DNA of 64,000 nucleotides from Scenedesmus sp. PABB004 (taxonomy: Eukaryota), in contig JABVCE010000029.1 of the NCBI GenBank assembly GCA_014905635.1, positions 248,001-312,000 on the forward strand, read 5' to 3'. This document shows positions 1-10,526 of this stretch, one piece after another. A model generated the notes under the pieces. It had not been told where the DNA came from, did not search any database, and worked only from the letters and a program-made list of their open reading frames with translations. The number at the start of each line of letters is the position of its first letter. The first letter of the stretch is position 1. The position numbers and the translations under genes are program-made.

Positions 1-120
1 ACGGGTCTGGCGCGCGGCGGCGGTGTGCGCGTGCGCGCGCACGGAGCGGCCTGACCAGGAGGCCTGACCCGCCCCGCCCCCGCGCCGCGCCGCTCTCCGC
101 CGCCGCCGCGCCGCGCGCAG

Positions 121-2730
121 GCTGTGGGTGACGGCGGAGCCGCACCCCCAGTTCCCCATCGGCCTGCTGCAGATGGGCATCAAGATCACCAACGAGGCCC
201 CCGTGGGCGTCAAGGCGGGGCTGCGCGCGAGCTACCAGTGGGTCAACCAGGACATGCTCGACGCGGTCGGGCGGTGAGCGCACGCGCTGCGCTGCACTGC
301 GCTGCACTGCGCGTGCTGCGCGCAGGGGGAGCCTCGGCCGGTGCGCGCCGCCGCCTGGCGCCCCTCGGAGTCGCGCCACAACGCCCGCGCCGCGTGCGCC
401 GCCGCGCCGCGCGCGCAGTCAGGAGTGGCGGCAGCTGCTGTTTGTGATGTGCTTCCTGCACAGCGTCGTGCAGGAGCGGCGCAAGTTTGGGCCGATCGGG
501 TGGAACGTGCCGTACGAGTTCAACGCGAGCGACCTCAGCGCGTGCACGCAGTTCCTGCAGGTCCGCCTGCGCGCCTGCTCCTTTCGCACCCGCCGCGCCT
601 CCCTGCCCAGCGGCCCAACCTCCCGCCCTGACTTGCCCCGCCCCCGCGCAGAACCACCTGCTGGAGATGGACGCCAAGCGCGCGCCCGGGCCGACGTGGG
701 AGACGGTGCGGTACATGGTCGGCGCGATCCAGTACGGCGGCCGCATCACCAACGACCACGACCAGCTGCTCATGAACACATACGCGGAGCGCTTCTTCCA
801 CTCGGGCCTCATGACGGTGCGGCACGCGCCGCGGGCTGCTGCGGGCGCTGAGGTGGCGGGCGGGCGGCGAGACGCGAAGGCGGGGCGAGCGGGCGCCAGG
901 GCCGACGTACAACGCGCGCGCCGCCGCCGCCGCAGCCGGGCGCGGAGCTTCACCGCGACGAGCGCAGCGGCTTCAGCTACCGCGTGCCCGACTCGACCGA
1001 CGTCGACGCGTTCCGCGCGGCCGTGGAGGCGCTGCCGGCGCAGGAGAGCCCAGAGATCTTCGGCCTGCACCCCAACGCCGACCTCACCTTCCGCACGCTC
1101 CAGGCGCGCCGCGCCGCGCCGCCGCGCCGCGCGCGGGCCCGCCGCCGCTGAGCTCCGCCGCTGAGCCCCGCCGCCGAGCCCACCCCTGAGCCCCGCCCCG
1201 TCCCCGCTGCCTGCGCGCGCCAGGTGGCCGAGGGCATGGCCACGATCCTGGACACCATGCCCAAGGGCGGCGGCGGCGGCGGCGGGCTGAGCCGCGAGGA
1301 GGCGGTCGACCGCATCGCCGAGGACCTGCTCTCGAAGGCGCGCGGCAGTGCCTGCAGCGGCGGCAGCGCGCCACCGCGCACGCTCAGCCGCACGCCGCCG
1401 CCGCCGCTGTGTGTGCACACGCCGCAGACGCCGGCGCTGTTTGACAAGGAGGAGGTCCGCGAGCGCCTGCGCCGCCTGCCGGGCGGGCCGACGCAGCCGC
1501 TGACGGTGCACCTGCGCCAGGAGCTCGACCGGCTCAACACCGTGGTCGCGCTCGCGTCGTCCACGCTGACCAGCCTGCGCCTCGCGATCGCGGGCACCGT
1601 CGCGCTGAGCGGGCCGCTGATTGAGGCGCTGGACGCACTGTTCATGGCGCGCGTGCCCCTCGCCTGGCTCAAGACCAGCTGGGAGGTGCGACGCGCGCGG
1701 GGACGGGCGGCGGGACGGGCGGTACGCGTGGTGGCTGGCGGCAGGGGGTGTGCGGCGGGCCTGGGCCGCCCACCGCCGCCGCGCCGCGCGTGTCGCTGCC
1801 CTGCCGCCGCAGGCTGCGACGCTGGGCAGCTGGTTCAGCGGGCTGCTGCAGCGCCACGACCAGCTCGCGCGCTGGCTGACCCTGGGCCGGCCGCGGTCCT
1901 ACTGGCTGACGGGCTTCTTCAACCCGCAGGCGCGCACGCTGGCAGGCCGCAGCACGCGCCGCCACGCCCCGCCCTGCCCCGCCGCGCGCGGCGCTGCGGG
2001 CAGCTCAGCCGCTCCCGCCGCCGCTCCCGCCGCTCCACCACCGCAGGGCTTCCTGACGGCGATGAAGCAGGAGGTCAACCGCAAGCACGCGGCCGACAAG
2101 TGGGCGCTCGACGACGTGGTCATGACGAGCGAGGTCACGCACCCGCCAAAGGTGCGCCGCACCGCCGCCTGCAGCCGCGCACCGGCGTCCGCCGCCCATT
2201 CTCGCACCCGCCCACCATCACAACCCGCCACACGCACGCACGCGCACGCGCACCCACCCAGGAGTTTGAGGGCCTCAAGGACACCCCCGCGGAGGGCGTG
2301 TACATCCACGGCCTCTTCCTCGACGGCGCGGCGTGGTCGGGGCGCGACAACAAGCTCGTCGAGCCGGAGCCAAAGAAGCTCTTCGCGCCCCTGCCCGTGC
2401 TCTACGTCACCGGCGTGCAGGCCAAGGCGCGCGCCCCGCGCGCACGCGGCGGCGGCGCGCGGGCGGGCGGGGGCAGGGCGGCGCAGCGCGGGGGCACAGC
2501 GAGGGCGCGAGCCTGATGCCCGCCGCCCGCTGCCCTGCTGCCTGCTGCGCTGCACGACCGCTGCCCTGTGCACACAGGACAAGAAGCGGGGCGGCGTGTA
2601 CGAAGCGCCCTGCTACCGCGTCAAGGCGCGGCGGGGGCACAACTACATCGCGAGCTTCGCGCTGCGCACCGAGGACGAGCGCGCCAAGTGGGTGCTGCGC
2701 GGAGCGGCGCTGCTCTGCTCCATTGACTGA
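121..2730 (+). CDS. ODA2: Axonemal dynein heavy chain, C-terminal part (AAA6 to C-terminus), outer-arm gamma/DNAH5-DNAH8 type; 5'-partial, 10 exons in window
   Basis: Exons 121-273, 419-560, 652-816, 936-1103, 1224-1337, 1428-1685, 1813-1929, 2047-2151, 2262-2426, 2578-2730 splice to [108 protein letters not shown]. Subtype is assigned from recalled similarity to DNAH5-type chains. Confidence 0.93.
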
Positions 2731-2807
2731 GCGGCGCGCGGCGGCGGGGCGGCGAATTGGCGGGCCCTGTTGCAACGCCTCGCCTCGCGCAGCTCGCCAT
2801 GCCGCGT

Positions 2808-4547
2808 TCACTCGCCGCCCGGCAGCAGCGCGGCGGGGTCGCTGCGCACCGCTGCCTTGCACGCGGCCAGCTGGGCGGCGCTCAGCGCGCCCGTCAGGCC
2901 GCGGCCGTCCAGCAGGCCGCGGCGCAGTAGCCAGGCGTGCAGCGCCCACAGCCGCTCGCCGTGAGCGGGGTGCAGCTTGGCGCCCAGCCGCTGCGCCCCG
3001 CTCGCCACGACCAGGCCCCGCGCGCCCTCCGCCAGCTGCGCCTGGTCCAGCACGACCACGGCCCAGCCCACCATGGCCGCAAGTCCCGTGTTGTCGCCCC
3101 GGATCACGCGCTGACTGCCACCGCCCGGCGCCAGCAGCTGCTGCGCGCGCGCCACCAGCGCCGCCAGCAGCTGTGGGTGCTCAAAGCGCAGCGTGCCGCA
3201 CGCCCAGGCAGCTTGTTTGAGGTCTGGCGAAACCGCGCCAGGCAGCCAGCCCGGCGCCGCGTCTTGCAGAAAGCCCTGCTCGCTCAGGCCCAGCTTGGCG
3301 CACGCGCACACGGCGTTCGTCACCGCCTGTGCTCCCCAGCCTCCCAGCTGCTGCGCCGCCGCGCCCTCCAGCAGCCGCTGCACGCCCTCTGTCGCCAGCT
3401 CGCGGCTGATCGCCGGCGGCTCCGCCGTCGCCAGCCGAGCCAGCGCAAGGGCGCCATTGGCCACCTCTTGAGGGCTGCCGTCAGCCCCCACACGCTCCAG
3501 GCCCCCTTCCCCCAGCAGCTGCCGCCAGGCCGCGTCCCTGACGGCCGGCTGCCAGCCGCAGCGCAGCTGCAGCTCACTCGCCGCCCACAGCGAGTTGCAA
3601 ATGTGCTGAAGGTCGGTACGCTCCAGGGTGGCCGGCCGTGCGAGCGCCTGCAGCAGGCCCGACAGCTCGGCGTCGCCCGGGTTGAGCCGCAGCCTGGCGC
3701 AGCCGTACAGGGCGTTTGAGATGTCTTGAGGTTGCACGCCATCTGGACTGGTTGCAAGGATCCACAGCCGCTCCACCGCGCTGCCACCGCCGCCTCCAGC
3801 TCCGGCCGCGGCACGCCGGGCACGGTGCCCTTGTGGGCAGCGGCGACCGCCGACAGGCCGTACACGGCGTTGGCAATGTCTTGACCGCTGGCCTGTCCAA
3901 GCGTGTCGAGGCATGCCGCCAGCGTACCGCTCCACAGGCGGTCGTCAGCGCAGCCCACCTTGCCGGCCGCCCACAGCACGTTGGACAAGCCCTGCATCGT
4001 CCAGCCAGGCTCCAGCGCGTCCCACAGCGGCGCCAGGCGCGCCAGCAGGGGCCTGGCATCTGCCGGCTGCCGCCCCGCCAGCTTGGCCGCCTTGGTGAAG
4101 GCCGCCGCCGCATGGATGGCGTCAAAGCTGCCGCCCCACTCCTGCAGCACGCTCTGCAGCTCCGGCAGGCTCTCAGCGTCGCGGATCATGACGGTGATGG
4201 TCTTGGCCAGCGTCGAGCCCTGAGCGGTCGGGACAGCAGGTTGTGACAGCTCTGCGAGCGGCCGTGCCCAGCCCGCTGCAGCCTGAGCACCGCACCATGC
4301 TCTCCGGCGCCTCCCTCGTGTCGATGCGCTCCCGCGGCGGCCGCGCGCTGCCCCTGCCGCCGCCACGGCCACCGTCGCTGCCGCCGCGCCGGGGCGCCGC
4401 CGCCTCTGCGCGTGCAGGGCAGACGCAGCAGGCGCAGTGGGGTGAGGCGAGGGCGGCGGCGACCCCGGCGGCGGCGGCAGCAGCGGCGTGCGCTGCCGGG
4501 CGGCCAGCATGCTGCAGGGCGCGCGGCCGGGTCCGGAGCGCTTCCAT
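2808..4547 (-). CDS. OPR-like helical repeat protein (putative organellar RNA-binding), with an apparent 1-nt frameshift near 3779
   Basis: Repeats MQGLSNVLWAAGKVG, QDIANAVYGLS, QDISNALYGCARL, QHICNSLWAASEL, QEVANGALALARL, QAVTNAVCACAKLG are split over ORFs 3320-4510 and 2808-3935. Probable GT-AG intron 4295-4220. Start is ATG 4547 or 4769. Confidence 0.7.
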
Positions 4548-5308
4548 TCGGGTACAGAACGCTGTCAGCCGCCAGCAGACGCTCTGCCGGGCTGGCCCGC
4601 GCGCCGCACGCGCTCTGGGGGCTCGCTGATGGCAGCCGGTGCAGCACCCACCGCAGCGCAGCGCCCGGTGGCCCAGGCGCGCCAGCGCCGGTCGTGTCGC
4701 GGTCAGAGCAGTCCCAGAACCATGGTGGCGGGCCGCCAGGGGCGCGGCGGTGGCGCGGGCGAGCAGCATCGGGCGCGGAGCGGCGGCAGCACAGACAGCC
4801 GGGGGCGGGGGCCAACAACGGCCGCTCGCCGTGATGCGGTGAGGCCTGCGGCGAGGGAGTGAGGACTGGGCGGGGCCAGGCCGGTCTGGCGGGCCTGCGG
4901 CGGCGGCGGCGGCGCGCCGGGGCGCAGCCGACCAGCGGGGTTCGGGCGGCGCGCTCTGACCGCCCGGGCCGTCGCGCGCGGCGGCCGGCCGGCAGTGTGC
5001 GGAGCTGCTGTACAGCTCCTGCCACAGCGCTAGGGCGGCACTGGTGGGTCGGGAGGCGACCGCTGGCTGGCGGCGGCGCGGCCGGAGGACCGAGCGCGCT
5101 GAGCCCTGCGCCGCCGCCGCCGCCGCCAGGCTGGGCGCTCGCTGGGTCGCGGGCACCAAAGACTGACGACTGCGCCTGGTGGCGGCCTCAACAGCGCCAG
5201 GAGCAGCGCAGCAGACCGCCGAGCAGCACACCGCGCGGGCGCAGCGATGCCCGGCCGGCGTGGGCCGCGCTCTGGGCGGTGGGCCTGCGAGCGCCGTAGC
5301 ACGTCGCC

Positions 5309-8300
5309 ATGAGCGCCCGCGCAGCGGCCGCGCCGCCGCTGCGCGGGCCGCGGCAGCAGCCTGCGAGCGCCGGGTGCGCTCGTCTGGGCCCACGGCGCGG
5401 CCAGGGCCCGCTCTCGGCGTTCTGCCCCTGCCAGGCGCGCGGCGGGGGCCAATCCGCGCGCCCGCGCCAGACCCGCCCACCCGCTGCTGCTGCCGCCCGC
5501 CTTCGCCGCAGGGCTGCCCCGCGCGCGCGCGGCGCGGGCCGGACCTCTGCGGCGGCACCCTACGTGTCGCACGGCCCGCTGCTGAGCGGCGCCGGCCAGC
5601 CGGCGGCGCTGCAGGTGCGGCGGCAGCGCGGCGGCGCGCGCTGCTCGCCGCTGCCGCCGCCCGCCGGCCGCAGCAGCTCATGCCGGCCTCGTCCGCCCGC
5701 CCGGCCTGGCCGCCGCAGGACGTGGTGCTGTGCAACGGCACGGCGGTGCAGCTGCCGGCGCGGCGCAGCAGCGGGCACGGCGGCGCGAGCGGCCGGCGAC
5801 GGCCGCCGTCGGCGCGCGAGCGCCGCCCGGTGCCGCCGGTGCCGCCGTCGCCGCCGCAGCAGCAGGAGCAGCAGCAGCGTGAGCAGCAGCAACATCGAAA
5901 TGAGCAGTATGAGCAGCAGCACGAGCAGCAACAGCATGAGCAGCAGCAGGCGCCGGCGCGCGTGCGGCGGCGCTGGTGCGCGATGCGCAACTGGCAGTGG
6001 CTCGCGTCGCAGCTCGCGTGCGGCAGCAGCACGCGCAGCGAGAGCGGCAGCCTCGCGGCGACCGTGGACGCGCTCACGCAGCTCGCGCAGCCGGGCGTCG
6101 CGCCGTCGCCGCACGACCAGCAGCAGGCGGACGCGTACCGAGCGTTCCTCTGCCAGCTGCTGCTCAGCGCGGCGCAGCAGCTGCGCGCCGCGGGGGCGGC
6201 GGTGGCGCCGCAGGACGTGACAGACCTGCTGTGGGGCCTGGCCAAGCTCGGCCTCGCGCCGCGCTGGCCCGACGAGCAGCAGCAGCAGGCGCAGCAGCAG
6301 GAGCCGGCGCACGGCCGCGCGAGCGCCGGCGGCCCGGCGGCGACGGCGCTGGCGACGCGCGCGGCCGACGCGGCGGCGGCCGCCGCCGACTGCCTCGCCG
6401 CGCACCTGCAGCAGCAGGAGCGGCCGGGGCACGGCTCCGGCGCCGCCGCTGGCGCCGGGTACTCGCCGCGGCAGCTTGCGCTGTGCGGCTGGGCGCTGGC
6501 GCGGCTGCGGCACCCAGCGGGGCCGGCGCAGCGCGCCGCGCTGTGGTCGCCCTACCTGGCGGCGGTGCGGCGCGCGCTGCCGGCCTGCGGCGCGCAGGAC
6601 CTGTCCAACGTGGCGTGGGCGCTGGCGCGGCTGCCGCTCGACCCGGGGCCCGGCTGGCTGGCCGAGTTCCGCGGCGCCGCGCGGCGCGCGCTCGCCGGCG
6701 GCGGCGGCGCCGGCGGGCAGGCGGCGGGCGTCATCCTGCTCAGCCTGGCGCAGCTGGGAGCCGCGCCGCCGGCGGAGTGGGTCGACGGCGTGCTGTCGGA
6801 GCTGCAGCAGCAGCCGCGCGGCGCGTGGGCGGGCGGCGCAGGCGCGCCGCCGCCCGCGCTGCAGGCACTCAACGGCCGCGCGCTGGCGTCGGTGCTCGGC
6901 GCGCTGGCGAAGTGGGGCCACGCGCCGCGCGCGGCCTGGCTCGCCAACGCCGCGGACGCGGTCGCGGCGCGGTTGCCACAGTGCAACGGCCAGGACGTCG
7001 TGCAGCTGGCCTGGGCGCTGGCGACGCTGGCGGGCGCCAGCGCGGGCGGCGGCAGCGGCAGCCTGCGGGGCGACGAACAGGAGCCGGGGCTGGCGCGGCT
7101 GCAGCGGCAGCTGCAGCACCCGGGCGGCGTCGACGACGGCATCAGCAGCGATGGCAGCGGCGGCGGCGGCGGCGGCGCGAGCCTCGCCGTGCTGGGCGCT
7201 GGGCTGCCGCAGCAGCTGGCGCACCGGCTGGCGGAGACGGCGCGCGGCACCGCGCCCTGCCAGGTGGCGCTGGGCATGTGGGCCGTCGCAAAGCTTCACC
7301 AGCTCAGCCAGCCGGGCGCGCAGCGAGGCTGGGTGGTCGCGCAGTCTGGACACCTGCCGGAGGCCGCGAGCGCGCGCGTGCACTGGCAGCCGTGCGTCGG
7401 CGCGCTGCTGCACTGCACCGCCGTGCTGCAGGAGCAGCACGCGGCGGGCTTGGCTGGTCTGGACTGCAAGCACCTGTCGCTGCTGGCCTGGGCGCTGGCG
7501 GCGGCCGGCGGCGGCGGCGGCGGCAGCGGCACCGCGCGGCCGCAGCAGCGGCCGCCGCAGCCGCAGCGGGTGCTCCGGGCGGCGGGGCCGCAGCCCGTGG
7601 GCAGGCAGGCGCCAGGGCAGCAGCAGGCGCGGCAAGGCGGCAGGAGCAGCAGCAGTAGCAGCAGCGGCGGCGGCGGCAGCAGCAGCAGCAGCAGCAGCAG
7701 AGGGACGACGGGCTTCAGCGTTCCGGGGCAGCTCGTGCAGCAGCTGCTGGCGGCGTCGCGGCGCGGCCTGCGCACTGCGCAGCCGCGCTCGGCGGCGCTG
7801 CTGCTGTGCGCGGCGGTGCGCCTCGGCGCGGCGCCGTCGTGGCAGTGGCTGCTGGAGTTTTACGAGGCCACGCAGCCGCACCTGGGCAGCTGCAGCGCCC
7901 AGGACCTGGGCATGGCCGCGTCCGCGCTGTCCGAGCTGGGCATGCGGCCGCTCGCGCGCTGGCAGGTCGGCTTCCTGCGTGCCAGCACGGCGCTCGCGGA
8001 CGGCGGCCTGGCGGCGGGCAGCCTCGCGGCCATCGTGACCGCCGCGGCGGCGCCGGCCTGGGGCCTCGCGGCCGCGGTCGGCGGGGCCAGCGACGGTGCG
8101 CCGTACGAGCTGCTGGCAGTGGTGCCCGCCTGGGCGGCGGCGATGCAGCGGCAGGTCGCGCGGCGCCTGCCGGAGCTGACGCTGAGCCAGGCGACCTCGC
8201 TGCTGCGGGCGGCGGCGCAGCTGGGCTGGCACAGCGACGCGCGCGACGCCGGCGGCGTGGTGCCGGGGCTGCTCGCGGCGGCGCTGGAGCGGTCGCGGGC

Positions 8301-9906
8301 GGGCACGCAGCAGCTGGCGAGCGGGGGCGACCCGGTGGCCCTGCTGCAGCAGCAGCTGCGGCTGGCCTCGGCCGCGCTGCGCCTGCCTGCCGGCGAGGTG
8401 GCGAGCGGCTGGTGGGCGGAGCTGGCGGGGCAGCTGGCGGCCAGCGCGCAGGCGCTGCCGCACCCGGCGGCGGCGGCCAGCCACGCCCAGGTGCTCGCGG
8501 GCCTCAGGACGCTGGCGCGCGCCGCGCGGCAGCAGCACCAGCTCGGCAACGAGCCCGCCGCACAGCGCGTGGGCGCCTGCCTGGAGGCGCTGGTGGCCGT
8601 GGCCGCGGCGGCGACGCCCGCGCTGCCGCTTGAGCACAGCCTCGCGCTCGTGGCAGCGGCGCACGCGAGCCTGCGCGTGGCGGGCGCGCCCCCGGCGGCG
8701 GCGGAGCAGCTGGGCGCGGCTGCGTGCGCCGCGCTGGCGGCGCAGCTGCCCCGGCTGGGCCTGCGCGACCTGGCAGCACTCCTGGCGCAGGCGAGCAGGC
8801 TGGGCCTGCTGGCGCGGCCGGCTGCAGCGGCAGCCGCCGAGGAGGCGCCGGAGCAGCCGCATGGCGAGCGGCCGCCGTGCGCAGCCAAGGCGGCAGTGCT
8901 GGCGCTGCAGCAGCAGCTGGGCGCCCTGCAGCAGCAGGGCGTGTTGGAGGCGCTGGAGAGCGGCGCGCAGCAGCCCCACGCGCCAGCCCGGCCCGGCGCT
9001 GCGGCGGCGGCGCCAGCATCAGCGGCGGCTGCGGCGGCGGCGGGCCACGTTGCGACCGTGTTGGCGGCGCTCGCGGGCAGCGGCTACCGGCCGCCGGCGG
9101 AGACGCTGCGGCAGGCGCTGCAGCTGGTGGGCGCCGCGCTGCCGCTGCTGGGCGCCGGGCACCTGGCGGCCGTCGCGCACGCGGCGGCCGGGCTGCGCGT
9201 CGGCGCGCTGGCGCCTCGGGGCTTCAGGCCCGCGCTCTGGCGCGCCCTGGCCGCGGCGCTGCGGCCCACGCGGCCGCAGCGGCAGCTGCAGGCGGGCGGC
9301 GACCGGCGCGGCGGCGGCGCAGCGGCAGCGGCCGCAAAGCGGCGGCACCAGGCACCGCGCCGCGGCGACGGCGGCGCGCACGCCGCCCGCGTGCTGCTCG
9401 TGGCGCGTGCGCTGCACGCGCTGGCCGAGGGCAGCGGGGACGGCGCGTTCGGCGGCCGCGCGCTCGGCGCGCCGCCGCCGCGGCGGCTCGCCGAGCGCGC
9501 GCTCTGGGCGGCCGGCAGCGTGTGGCAGCAGCTGGGCAGGGACGGCGGCCCTGGGCGCGCGCGCGGCGCGCAGCAGCAGGCGGAGCTGGTGCGGCTGCTC
9601 GCGCCGGCGGCGGCGCTGCTGTCAAGCGCCGGCATGGCTCGCCTGCACCTGCGCCTGGGGCGGCGGCTGCGGCAGCTGCCGGCCGGGCCGGACAGGGCGG
9701 CAGCGTTCGCCGCCTGGCGAGAGCTGGTCGCCGCATGGCGCGCCGGGCGCGAGCGCCGCGGCGCGCTCGCGGCCGCGGCGCGGCTCGCGCGGGGCGGCGC
9801 GCGGCTGCGCGGCGCGGGGGCGGCGCTCGCCGCCGCGGCCCAGCAGGGGCTGGGCGCGGTGCCGCCGGCGGCCGGCGTGGCCAGCGAGGAGCTCGCTCTG
9901 CTGTGA
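5309..9906 (+). CDS. Large OPR (TBC2-like) repeat protein, ~1500 aa, nearly intronless
   Basis: Long ORF with repeats PQDVTDLLWGLAKLG, PRQLALCGWALARL, AQDLSNVAWALARL..P..GWL, GRALASVLGALAKWGHAP..AWL, GQDVVQLAWALATL, AQDLGMAASALSELG. ATG 5309 joins in frame through an inferred GC-AG intron 5435-5511. TGTAA at 9943. Confidence 0.8.
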
Positions 9907-9942
9907 TAGAACGCGCGCGGGGCGGGGCGCGTCGGCGTGCCT

Positions 9943-9947
9943 TGTAA
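9943..9947 (+). promoter_or_regulatory. TGTAA polyadenylation signal (similar sites at 18380, 23117, 23128, 26097 on +; 31785-31789 on -)
   Basis: Chlorophyte UGUAA signal found downstream of stop codons on the sense strand; a rare word in such GC-rich DNA. Confidence 0.65.
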
Positions 9948-10526
9948 ACGAGTCCAACCAGCCCCCCCCCCCCCCTTGCCGTCTTCTGCGACCGACCGCG
10001 TGGCTGCTATCTGGGCCGCGCACGCGACCACTCGGCCCGGCGGCCGCTCAGGAATCAATCAATCAATCGCCAGCGGGGGTGGTGGTGTGCGCCGGGCGCT
10101 GGCCTGGCGGGGAAGAGGGCAGGCGGCGTGCAGGCGCGCGCGGCGGCGGCGGCGGGTGTCCCGCGCGCTCGCACGCCGCCGCGGCAGGGAAGAAGAATCA
10201 ATGAATGCCTGTGTGGCTAGTGCTGCAAGTTCAGGTGCCGTCAGATAGTGCGTGTGCGACTGCTTGCGAGCGCGCCTGGGCTTGGCACAACGAAATGCCG
10301 GGACGCGGCCGACCCTGGTGGCGGTGCTTCCTTCCGAGGCGGCTGTCACGCCCCATCGTCGCTGACTGGCTGGTGCTGCCGTGCTGCCGAGAGTTGTCCC
10401 GCGCGCCCGCCCGCCCGCCTGACTGCCTGCCTGCCTGCCTGACTGCCTGGGCTGTGTGCCGCTGCCGCTGCGGCTTGGCGCGCTCCAGCGCCAGCGCGCC
10501 GCCTGCGCGGCGGGCGCCTCGGCACC

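Noticed and set aside
1104..2577. GC-AG introns as Introner transposon copies
   Set aside because: Intron bodies show no evident mutual similarity or terminal inverted repeats beyond low-complexity GC content.
4220..4295. Possible zinc knuckle (CSGCSGLG-H...C) in the OPR-like gene
   Set aside because: It needs frameshifts; a phase-0 GT-AG intron explains the segment more simply.
5560..8979. Very long antisense and alternate-frame ORFs (also 45054-49055, 44303-47305, 49031-52318)
   Set aside because: These are Arg/Ala/Pro-rich shadows of real genes; stop codons are rare at this GC content.
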